NCBI GenBank assembly: GCA_002189035.1
Contig: CM007989.1
Coordinates: 5,766,001 to 5,830,000, forward strand
Source of the DNA: Utricularia gibba
Taxonomy: Eukaryota; Plantae; Magnoliophyta
DNA length: 64,000 bases
Direction: 5' to 3'
Position 1 is the first letter of the stretch. Each line of letters begins with the position of its first letter. Shown piece after piece: positions 1 through 10,999 of the stretch. The notes beneath the pieces are model-generated. The model saw only the letters and a list, made by a program, of their open reading frames with translations. It was not told the origin of the DNA and did not search any database. A program made the position numbers and the translations under genes.

Positions 1-60
1 AGTCTCAGAATCGGCACTATGCCTTATTGCTTTTCCTTCTTTCGTTTTCAGCTGAAGAGA

Positions 61-1360
61 TGGCTCGGAGAAGCTCTCTGGAAGGTTCGGTGATGGCGCG
101 GTTCTCCGCCGAGATGCAGAGGGTGCAGGAACCCGAGGATCCCTCCCTACACCAGTCTGTCTCCTATTTAACAGTTACCGCGAATTGCCGATTATAACCC
201 CCCCCCCTTTTTTTTTGGTTTTTCTTTCAGGCTGATATGATTGGAGCTCAGTTGGACGCCGCTAATCCTTCCTCGGGGGAAGATCAAGTAGTAGAAGTCT
301 CCGAGACCCGGGAGTTGACTTCCCGTCCTTCAGCCGGGAAAGGGAAAGAGAAACTTCCTCCATCACCCGATCTCAGCGATACTCCTATTCCCGATGCAAG
401 ATTCTTTTCGGCTGGTGCTTCAATATCGGCTCTTCCAATCGAGTTATAGAGGGATTCTGCCCTCGTAGAAGTAAGGGACAACCCGGTGCTTCCTCTACCC
501 TCAGTTCCAGCTGAACTAAGGGGAATCCTGGATGGAGCTATGTCTAATACCTCGGGTGTTGAGCCGGAGAAGATACTTGAAGGGATCTGGCAAGTACGTA
601 TCCCGTTTCCTCTTCTAAGTTCTAAGTAGTCGGTCCTTGACTAGGGATATTCTTTTAGGCTCTGACTCTTGGGTGGGGAATGGTTAGAGAGATTGGCTCT
701 CAATCAGAGGAAGTTTCTTGGCTTCGGGCCCAGGTTGTGGCTCAGAGCGCCCAGATAAAGTTGTTGGAGGAGGGGAGTTCGCTGAAAACCGTTTTAGGGA
801 AACGCAGCCGCTAGGAGGAAGAACTGCAAAATGTGATCGAGGAAATGGGAAAGACGGTTGATGACGCTCAATCAGAGAGATAGGGCTTCAAAGTCCGATT
901 TGAGGAGGCAGAAGCGGAGTTAGAGCATGCCAGGGGCCGCATTTCAGCATTGGAGGCCGAATTACTTGATCAACAAGCATCTCGGCAGGGTCTTCTGGAT
1001 GACTTTGTCAACTCGGCCTGTTTTGCCGAACTCACCGATATCTATGCAGGAGATTTATTCGGCTTACTTCTATACCATCAGAGACGACAGTTCAGCCGGG
1101 AATTTGGGCTTTCAATCATGGATCCGCGCTTCGACAGGATAAACCCCTGACGAAGGATGATAACATGCTTGATGTTATCGCGGATACCTTCCAGGCTCCG
1201 GAGTTCGGGTTAGAAGCTAATCGGGAGCGAATGATTTCGCTAATTCGGGCGAGTATAGGGCGAGAGAATGACGCCAAGTTGAGGGCAAGGATGGAACGGC
1301 ATACCGGTTCCTCTGCCAATCCTCCCGATAATCCCCATCCCCTCTTGTACTTTAGTAGTT
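61..1360 (+). pseudogene. Antisense extra ORF of Tat remnant A (coiled-coil, spliced, disrupted)
   Basis: Homologous to 3445-4560 (-): QLDAA, GIWQ|AL, VNSxCFxELxDIYAGDL. GT-AG introns at 155-230 and 594-658. In-frame stops present. Confidence 0.65.
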
Positions 1361-2077
1361 TTTGACTTGATGTTTTTCCCCCTGCTGTGGGGCTTTTTTG
1401 ATAATTTTGGTCTCCCGGTTCGGGATTTTCTTCTAATTTACTCTGTTTTTTGCGCATCACTTTTGCCTTTGGTGACGTTCACATTTTGAGGGAAGCCCCG
1501 AGTTGGTTTGCTGTGTCTATTACGTGCTTAGACTTGGAGATTCGCCTATACTTTTATGATTCGGGGGTGGATGCCTCCTCGCCAACCCTTTGATTGGACT
1601 TTTTGATTTTAGTTTGCCTTAGTGTTTCCTCATGCGAGCTGAACTGCTGCTAGGGAAGTAGGTCGGAACCCCTCATGGGTTGAGCGACTTCTCCAATCCG
1701 AAAGGGCCCTCTTTTGGCCATACCCATTGTTTTGAACATTGGTGGATTTGCTTTGGGTGCTCTTGCCGCCTCGAGATTACGACAACAAGGTCAATACTTA
1801 AGGGCTTTTTGGGGTTTACGCGTGCGATTTATATAAACCGGTGCTCGAATCGTACCAGGGCTTATTCTTGCTATTGACACCTGGGTTGGTGTATCGCATA
1901 TATATATCGTGGGAGACCCCGAGTCGATTTGCTGTATCCCATAGGGGACTCCGATTTAGGAGATTCGCCTGGGCTTACGTTACTTGGCCAAAGCTTTAAA
2001 TCTTTGATGGTCTGCCTGGGCTTACGCGATTCGGCCAGGGCTTGTGTTTTGTTTTCCCATCTCCATTTCGGAGGAAT

Positions 2078-2784
2078 TTATAGTTGCATGAGTGCTTTGG
2101 GGAAGAGAATGCCGAATCCTGTGACAGAGATTGATATTGAGTCGGTTAGGCGTAGAACTTCCTTAGATGGGATGCGTTCCACGACCTTGGGAGTTCCACG
2201 CCATCTAATTGTTCCAGGCGATATGCTCCTTTTCCAATCACCCTTGAAATCCGATAAGGGCCTTCCCAGTTGCGGTCTAATTTCCCGACGTGTCTTTGCG
2301 GTTGGACGCTTCAAAGCACCAAATCTCCCTCATGGAATTCTCTTGAGGATACCGAGTTGTTGTAACTTTTCTCCGTTCTTCTCTGATAAGCCCCTAGTCA
2401 GCTATAGATGCTTTGTCGCTTCTTTTCCAACAGCTCCAATTCCAGTTTTCGGAGTTCAGTATTCTCTTCTTCATTATAATGCTCTACCTGGTAGCTCTTC
2501 AAGGTCAGTTCGATAGGGCATATGGCTTCTGAACCGTAAACCAATAAGAATGGGGACTCTTCCATGGTGGTTCGAGGGGTAGTGCGGTATGACCACAGTA
2601 CCTCATCTAAGCGATCTGCCCATGACCCCCCAAAATCTTCGAGCTTAGTCTTCATACCTAGTGGGAGTGTTTGGTTCGTTACCTCTGTGAGGCCATTGCT
2701 TTGCGGGTGATATACCGAGGTGAAGTTGTGCTTGACCGAATACTTATCCAGGAATGCATCCATTTGTCCTCCGGCAAAAGACAC
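2078..2784 (-). pseudogene. Gypsy integrase C-terminal fragment (frameshifted)
   Basis: HNFTSVYHPQSNGLTEVTNQ...WADRLDEVLWSYRTTPRTTMEESPFLLVYGSEAICPIE, a classic rve end of the Tat/Ogre type. Confidence 0.9.
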
Positions 2785-3444
2785 ACAACCTCCGGGTTAT
2801 ATAGCCCCAGGTAAATCCCCCATGTCTAAGCCCGTTATGGGCACAGTAAACCAACTCAGGGCTCCTCTTGAAATGTGGTATCCTCTAAACCCAGGCTCTA
2901 GTGACTAGGGTAAGCCCTAGTATGATTCAGGCACCGGTTTCCTAAATCATTTGCGTAAGCCCCGAAAAGGCCCCAAAGTAAGGCTCTCGCTACTAGACCT
3001 TGAAATGGTAAACACACTCAAAGCAAAGCTGGCTCTACCCCGAACAGCACGGATTTGGCCCTATTCGAAATGAGGAAGCAACTCAACCTACGAAAGGTTC
3101 TGATTTACATTCGTAGCGAATACTTAGGCACAAAAGCCCAACTAAGTGACTAACAAAACCATGAGACTCACAAATTGGAGTAATCGATAAAAAGGAGAAG
3201 GCAATGTATCAAAACTAGGAAAGTGAAGGAAGGAATCCCAAATCAAGACTCCAAAATATCCAAAAACCCCAAATCGGGGACAAAAAAGTTAGCTCTAGGG
3301 AGTGAAGGAAAGGAAAAAGAAACTAAAGTTCAAGAGGAGGAGGGAGATCAGTGGGAGGACCAACTAAGGGGCCAATGTGCCCCTGTAGCCTCGCTCGCAG
3401 CTTGGCCTCATTCTCCTGCCCGATTCTAGCCCGAATGAGTGCAA

Positions 3445-5443
3445 TTAGGCGTTCCCGATCAGCTCCCAGCTGATTTGACACCTTTGCCGATATAGAAGTA
3501 CACCGATTAGATCCCCGGCGTAGATGTCTGATAACTCAGAGAAGCAAGTCGAATTAACCAAATTTTCCAAGAGCTCCCGCTGAGACGTCTCTTGGTAGAG
3601 TAGTCCAGCCTCTAAGGCCGAAACGCGTTCCTTGCTCTGCTTCAACTCCGCTTCAGCTTCCTCAAACAGCACTTTGAAACTTTCCTTCTTGGAGTTGGCA
3701 TCATCAATCGCCTTCCTCATCTCATCCACCAAGCTCTGCAACTCCTCTTCCCGGCGGGTGCGTTTCCTGAGAATACTTCTTAGCGCGTTTCCTTCCTCTC
3801 CCAATGACTTTATCTTGGCATTCTGTGACGCAACCTGGGCTTGAAGCTGAGAAACTTCCTCCGAAGCGGACCCCATTTCCTTGGCCATCCCCACCCAAAG
3901 GTCAAGGCCTTAGAAAAAGATCATCAAATCGGATATCGACTATGTATAATCCCGAGAAAGAAGAAAAGTACTTGCCAAATTCCCTTGAGTATAATTTTGA
4001 GCTGAGCTCCCGAGACATTCAGAGTCGCCTCCTCTAAGGCCCTTCGCAGCTCCGGTGGGAATGAAGACGGTGGTAGGGCGGGATCCTCCCTTATCTCAAT
4101 CGGAGGAATGGAACTTCTTTCTGCATCATTCGAAGGAGTTGATGCGGAGGCGCCGGCCAAAAAGGGCCCCACGCAGAGAGCTAGACTTTCGGTAGATATC
4201 GGCGAGGGAGATAGTCTCTCTTTCCATTTTCTTGACGCCAGGGGAGGAGTCGGCTCCCGATTTTCAGGAACCTCAATCACCCGATCTCCTTCCACACTCA
4301 AATCGGCAGCATCTAGCTGAACTTCTGGGGAACCGGCCTAGAGGAAGAAATAAAAGGGGTTAGATTCGGGAATTGGAAATCGATAAACAGGGGACAAACC
4401 TGTGCAGAAGAGGTCGCCTTAGGCTCTTGCATTCTCTACATCTCAGCTGAGAAACGGGCCATTACCGAGTCCTCCAGGGCACTTCTTCAGGCCATCTCTT
4501 CAGCTGCAAACCAAAACTCGGAAAGTAGTAAGGCACCGTGCTGAGTCTGAAATTCGGAAAAATATAACCTAACTACCTCTCTGCTTCTTAGAGGGTTTAT
4601 AGGCAAGTGCCTTAACACTTTTTTTTTTGGGGGGGGGGGGGAGACGTGGGTTGAGTAGTTGGGGAAGTCGGAGATGAAACAGGAACGAAGGGAAGATTAT
4701 GAGGAGGATTAGGGGGAAGAGTAGGTAAACTGGTACCTTCTGAAGGCACAATATTTGGTCAATGAGAATTGTGAGAATGACTAATGATACCTGATCTCTT
4801 CAGCGATACCCTAAAACATAAGGCACGAGATTCGAAGCAGATAGAACCTCGGCTAAGTTTCTCGTAAAGAACTTCACAGGATTCGGAAAAAGATTGGTAT
4901 GCACCAAAGAGCATTACCCTAAAAGGCATCGGGGGATCATTCTGGAAGTTCCACCGAAAACCCAAAGCAGGTGCCACCCAAACGAAAGAAGACCACCAAT
5001 CATGGTGGGTATCAAGGGCTTTCATGATAAAGTGAGGATTATCCTCCAATCGGCGGAACTGAAAGTGAGATCGGCCATCCATGGGGGACTTTGCTTTACG
5101 AACAGCTATTTTGAAAAGCTAAAGAAAGTCCACCAAAGTCATAGCTGGATTCATACTAGCCGAAGAGAACAGAAAGGTAGTGAAGCAGAAAATGGAATTC
5201 GGCGCAAGGCAATAAAGCGGAATTGCGAAAGTGTGAAGAAAGCGGACTATCAAATGATGGAGAGGGAAGTGTAAACCGCTTTCGAAGTAAGCCAAAGGGA
5301 TCGGCAAACTGCAAGGAGGAAGCGGACTTTCGACTAACCCCAAGGGATTTCGGTATCCGAGCATAGGAGACCATATACACATCAAGAATGGAATACCGGA
5401 TGCAAAGAGAAGGAATCTCTATCTCACTGGACCTTCTACTCAT
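3445..5443 (-). pseudogene. Antisense extra ORF of Tat remnant B (Transposase_28/gypsy extra-ORF-like N-terminus plus coiled-coil C-terminus)
   Basis: AYFESGLHFPLHHLIVRFLHTFAIPLYCLAPNSI fits the GLRxP...xPNS motif of this family. Fragmented ORFs; introns at 4338-4399 and 3909-3971. Confidence 0.7.
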
Positions 5444-5926
5444 TTTCGGAGAGATGAAGGAAGTGTCTAACCCAGGAACAAAGCGGAAAAAGGAATAAGA
5501 GAGGAGATTAGAAAAAGACAGGGGACTCCGGCAAAATCATAAGGAAGCGAACGGAAAGAGGAAACACAGACTAATACTTGAAAATGTGTGATTACTGGCG
5601 GTTTTCATGACGGCGAAGAAGGCGAATGAGCGCGAAGGAGCACGAACGACGCTAAAATCTTGCGAGTGAACAAAGAAAGCAAAGGGGAGAAGTGACGGGG
5701 GGAGCATGTACTTCTAGGAGAGATACTCGGAAGACGAAACGACGCGTCGTTTGAGATGCCCAAAATGAGTGAGAAAAAATGTGGCGTGCCCAGAAGGCAA
5801 CACGTGGTGAGGAAATCGGACTAAATCGGTTTGAAACCTACTCATGGGAAAGCGGTACACTTGACATTGGTACGGTGACAATTCTGATCCACTGACTTGC
5901 CTTGAAACGGCCAATATCGGTAAATC

Positions 5927-6240
5927 AGAGGGGCTGAATGGTGTGGCATAAATCAGATTAGGATAATCGGCCTTTGAAAAGCTATCGAAAGGTGCTCTGA
6001 TGGGCTAGCGCCGGCCGATAGACCGATATGTATCAGAGACCTGACAACGGCGGCCATATGGCACAGTTTGAAAAATGGTCGGATCATAGAATAAAAGGCG
6101 GCGATCATCTGAAAAGTAACCGACGCCTACATAACTCATATTTCGGTTAGATCGACCTCTCCACGTAAAAAGTCTTCATCCCTTTCTATTTTCACAAAAC
6201 ACACCCAACGAAGCATGAAACTAACACCCGACTTCGACCC
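5927..6240 (+). mobile_element. Polypurine tract and truncated 3' LTR of remnant B
   Basis: AGAGGGGC then TG at 5935/5939; the exact LTR start and end are uncertain. Confidence 0.45.
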
Positions 6241-6289
6241 CTCTAACGAACTCCATAACCTGAAAATTGGTTCCGACCCCAACGCCGAT

Positions 6290-6577
6290 TTTCTTCCTTA
6301 ACAGAACCAATATTTGTTACCTTTAGTGTTGAAACCTGATTTTGTTTACTAAACTTGCTTACCACTATTAATCCATGCTTAAACTAAGAACTACTGTTAT
6401 TCCGAATTCTGCATCTGCTTATAATACATTGCAAGCACCGGCTCTTTGTGATCGACCCCGAATTCCACTGAAGATTTTGTGTTTAATTTGTATTTTATGA
6501 GGATTAGGGCTTATAAATTTATTTGATACGAAAATTTGGTTTTATTGCAACAACATTGCTAAAATTTTTGTTGATCA
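6290..6577 (+). mobile_element. 3' end fragment of an Athila-like LTR
   Basis: CTTTGTGATCGACCC...TTATAAATTTATTTGATA...GATCA matches the LTR 3' ends at 62280-62409 and 31235-31380 (reverse). Confidence 0.6.
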
Positions 6578-6589
6578 ATCTAACAAACA

Positions 6590-7331
6590 AAGTTTAGGTC
6601 TACCTGAACTTTTTTTTTCCCCTAATCTTTGGTTTATCTCTATTTAGGGTTCTAAGATGAGTTGCACTATTCCCCCCTTCTGAATCTATCCTGGTTTGTT
6701 AAGGAAGTGGCGTGACTTAGCCACTCATAACAAGGGAAAGGAAAGCATCTTCATAACACATCCTAAGCAACATTTTGTTTTCAAGGTTAAACAACAAGAT
6801 AAGATGCATTATAGAGTATAAACAGTAAATTGTTCATGTGGGGAAATCTAAAACTAGTCTCAGCTAGGAACAATATTCATAAAAAATGAAAGAAAATCTT
6901 CAAGGAAAACTTGTTCTTCTGAATTGCCGTCCCCTCCTTCTTTCCCCAAAAATCTTCTCCAGAGAGAACATCATGTGTCTTAATTAGGGTTTCGTTTCTC
7001 TCTCCATCTTATCTTCTTTTTTGTCCAAAATTCTCCTTTTTCATCTCCTTGGATTTTGTGTACTTCTTTCAGACTTTTTCCTCATCCTCTGTTACTGCAT
7101 TGTTTATTTCCGGCTCCGAGGGATTTATGTTGCCGACATGCGCGATATTGTTCAAAGAAAACTATTATTAGTACGGTTGGTACTAAATTACGATTTAGTC
7201 CCAACTAAGAATAAAAAACACAACTACAATTCTATTCGCAAAAACATAGAAATAAGTAATAAAGCTTCATTTTTATAACACATTATGAATTATTTCCATG
7301 TATTGAATCACTCAAAAAATAAGTGTTATCA
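6590..7331 (-). mobile_element. Athila-like LTR (5' part), same family as 19461 and 59875
   Basis: Reverse complement of 19461-19800, 59875-60240 and 61900-62050. Ends in GTGTTATCA (TGATAAC on -). Confidence 0.75.
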
Positions 7332-8376
7332 ATTATTTTTTGGATCAATCTACATATAATAAAGACATATTTCTACGGCGATTTCACATGCAACATCTTC
7401 TATTCCTACAGAATGCTAATCCTCTCCAACATTTTGAGCTTTATTTTCAAGATAAAATTGATGCTATTAGTCGGGTAAGTCTTTCATGCCTCCAAAAGTA
7501 CACAATTGCTATTTGTATGTTGTCATATGATTGTAGTGCTGATTGTGTGAATGAATATATATAGAAGAGACCACTACACTTGAGTGTCTTCGTCATTTTT
7601 TTTAGGCATTTGCTTGACTTTTAAAGAGCATTACAGAGAGCTCCATCCATGAGGGACATGCAATGTTTATTAACCTTTGGGAAGACTCATGGATTACCTA
7701 GTATGCTTGGTAGTGTAGAATGCATGCATTGGAAGTGGAAGAATTGTCCTATTGCATGGCAATAGGATAATGTAAGGTGACACACCTGCTGATATTATAA
7801 AGTCAATTCACTATTGTGACAATACTTGCAAGGGTATGGGATCAAGACACACTTGCTGATATTATATATGCATGTCCTAAAACCCTAATTAAATAATTGA
7901 TTAGTCGCACGATTGAGGGAGGTGTTGTGATTGTTGAGGATGAAGGTCATATTATTCCTATTGTTAATGTTGAAGCTCAATATGATCAAATGAGAGTTGA
8001 GAAACCAATATTCCATTCTAGTGTAGAACTCAACATGGATTCATTTCTTCTTCAAGTAGCTCAATCTCAAGAATATGTTATGCATTGTCGACTTAAGAAT
8101 GATTTTGTGAAACATATTTGGACTACATTTGAGAATCAATGATGAAAATTGTATTTCATTTCTATACTTTTATTAATGTATTTTTTTATGAATTATACTT
8201 ATTTTATTAGTAAATTGATTTATATTATTAATAAATTTAAAACTACAATGGTCAAATATTGTTGTATAAAGTATGGATAGACTATTAAAAAGTAAAAACA
8301 TACTACATGATAAAATAAAATAATGACATGTAAATTGTTTTAGTAATAGTTCATTTATCTATGATTGGAGATGCTC
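7332..8376 (+). mobile_element. Degenerate PIF/Harbinger (Plant_tran-type nuclease) remnant with right TIR
   Basis: FLRRFHM...SCLQKYTIAICMLSY, MLGSVECMHWKWKNCPIAWQ, LKNDFVKHIW. TIR-like TTGGAGATGCTC at 8365-8376 followed by TCA (degenerate TWA). Confidence 0.75.
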
Positions 8377-9239
8377 TCATAGAGATTTCTATCCTAGTGT
8401 GCAAGGACCGCTAGATTTTATCTTTTAGGAATCTCTATTTTCTTTTAACTTTTCCCAAAATTTCTAAAAGTTCTATGATATTATGGAAATAACGGAAAAG
8501 TTAAAAATCATAAAACTTCATAATATTTGATGGGGTCTATAAGACTTAAGTAGTGCTCTATTGAGTCATTTTTGATAGGTTAACATTACAAGCTTGGATT
8601 CAATGCCTTGATGAGATGGTTTTTGGAAACTTGATAAGTATGAACCTGATCATCATAGACCTAAGAAGGATCTTTTAGAGCAAGACCGACATTTTTAAGG
8701 GAACCACAATAACAAAATCAATTGAAAGAGTGAGCTTCCATCCCGACCAATGTAAGTTGGGGTTCATTTTAATTGTCTAGAGATAGCTAGAGCAAGAATG
8801 GTATGCAACATGGAGCTCCACTTCCTAGGTAAGTGACATTACAAGGCATTATCAATTCTTGATTTGAGAAGCCAAGAAAGAACAATCCATGCACTAACAG
8901 CTTGGAGCTCCAAAGGTAGAAAATAGGAGAAAGACTTAGGAGAGTCATATGAGACAAGAGAGTCAAATATTTAAAATTAGGTATGGTTTCACAAATTACA
9001 TCATATTCATTATTTATTTAAGTTGGTTAGTTTTTTCTAATCATCAATCGCTTTCCTTGCATTATGCTTAGATAGGAAGGATGCCACAACATACATATCT
9101 CAATTTTTTGGTTTCTTATGAGGGGTGGTGTGACATTCACAGATCCTAGACACTCAACTTGTTTCTTTGAGGTTGCAACCTTGAATGTATGATGTTGTCT
9201 ACATAATGCAATCCAAATATTCCATGGTGCTCTGCACAA

Positions 9240-9710
9240 CAACCCCTCATCAAGTGAAGAAGTCTAGCATAGCCATCTCACCCTAGTGAATTCTTATTCA
9301 CAAAAACATTATGTACATGTGACTCTACATAGAAATCCTTCCGTAGCGGAAGAGAGCCAACAAAATCATCTTGATGAGGTAGATTCTTATGTGCAAAAAC
9401 ATTATGTATATGGGACTTTGCAATATCAACATCTCATTAAGCAAAGAGGCTCTCTACAATAACCCCTCACTAGGAGAAGAGGCCTAGCATAGCCACCTTG
9501 TTCATGTGGATTCTTATCCACAAACATATTGTGTACAAAGGGCTCTAAGTAGTAATTTCTCATTAGGTGATCATGAGCAAGCATATTCTTATCTACAAAA
9601 TGATTATGTATATGAGGCCTTGCATAGAAATCCCTTATTGAGTGAAGAGGTCCAACATAGGTATTTTTTTCTATGTGGATTCTTATTCATGAAAAAAGTT
9701 GTATTCTTAT
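9240..9710 (+). repeat. Degenerate tandem repeats in a TE remnant
   Basis: Recurring GATTCTTAT..CAAAA..ATTATGTA and AACCCCTCA..GAAGA..CTAGCATAGCCA motifs (9241, 9461). Confidence 0.55.
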
Positions 9711-9898
9711 TGATGTGGCGCCATATGCTCTTATAAAGTTTCATCTGCAAACCTTACTTCCAAAAAGGCTCTACTTAGACATATGGTCATTCTTGCAGAG
9801 TTGGACTGATAGATGTCACCCCACAAGATCCTAGATACTTTGACTAATCCAAGGATTGTATACCAAGATGCTGAGATCAATTCAACTATGGGAGGAGT

Positions 9899-10914
9899 TG
9901 TTCTTTAACTTCATTTAGACAAAATCCTAATGTTATGTTTTATTTTCATATTTTTATGTTTAGGTTCAATAAAAATAGTGTGCAAATGCGTGAATTAGAG
10001 GAAGAAACAAACCCAAAGCTTGCGGACTCTAATTTTGTATGAATTAAACTTGAATAGGCCCAATTTCCCTTTTATCGATGCAAATGTGGATCTATAATTA
10101 TGTAGAGTTTATATGAGTCCAGCTCATTTGGGGTTGCTCATGAGAATTAACAATCTACAAGATATTTTTTAAACAGTAGCAAAATCAGAAATACAGGTAT
10201 GTGTGAGAAACTGAATTAAGAAGAGAGATGATAGAAAGAGTTGACAAAAAATAAGAAAAAGAGGCCGGCTAGCAATAGCTAGGGAGGCGTGAAAAGATAT
10301 TTGACCAAGGAGATATTTTCTAGAACTATGTGAGGAAAAAAATAGTATGAGAAGGAAGAGAAGTGCCAGAATGAACTACATCCTTCAGAGTGCGATTTCT
10401 AGATGAGTTAGAGACAAAGATAGAAGGAAGAGAAGAACCAAAAACCTATTGTACAAGAAGACGAAAGACATGAGGAACACCTAGCTGGAGAATTATTCAG
10501 AAACATTTTATTTCCTATACTTTTGCAACATTACCCTTACATATGCTTAATAACTATTTAACTTGCATGTTTTAGTTGTTTGGGTATGTCTTTGCTTTAG
10601 CCATTTGTTTCCTTTATGCAAAGAACAAACAAATATCTATTCATATTGGGCAGAACCTTGAACGTACCGACTCATTGTATTTCCTTAAATGCTGGTTACT
10701 TCTAGTTTAGAGTAATGTTCCTAATAAAAAAAATCTTCAAATACTAAATTTTTTATTTTTTCCACTCTTCCTCTAGATTGTTCTTTTGAAATTTTTTCAT
10801 CTCATGATTTTGTATTTATCCTTCCTTATTTTTTGACTTTTATCCCACCTTTTGTCTTCATCTTTCTACTCTTGTCTTGTGCACTCTCAACTCCTTGGGA
10901 TCTAGAGTAAAACA
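9899..10914 (+). mobile_element. Candidate LTR (unclassified)
   Basis: Purine tract GGGAGGAG before TGTT, a GA-rich core and an AACA end; no second copy to confirm it. Confidence 0.3.
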
Positions 10915-10999
10915 CTTAAACCATATTGCTATTGCAAAAATACCAAAATGTTCAATAAACTCCTAACTTTATGCGATAATGTGACCTTTTCCTGATTTA

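Larger units (their letters stand above)
1..2785 (-). mobile_element. Ty3/gypsy Tat-lineage retrotransposon remnant A (3' internal part: integrase end, spacer, antisense extra ORF); runs off the left edge
   Basis: Integrase C-terminal ORFs on - at 2078-2784, GGGCTTACG-repeat spacer at ~1400-2060, and an extra ORF antisense to pol at 61-1360. This layout is typical of Tat/Retand elements. Confidence 0.8.
2790..6240 (+). mobile_element. Tat-lineage retrotransposon remnant B (3' internal part plus partial 3' LTR)
   Basis: 2950-3200 is a diverged inverted homolog of 1560-1830. Extra ORF on - at 3445-5443. PPT-like AGAGGGGC at 5927-5934 followed by TG. Confidence 0.7.

Noticed and set aside
1929-2516. 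195-aa + strand ORF
   Set aside because: Antisense to the integrase remnant and spacer; no recognisable motif.
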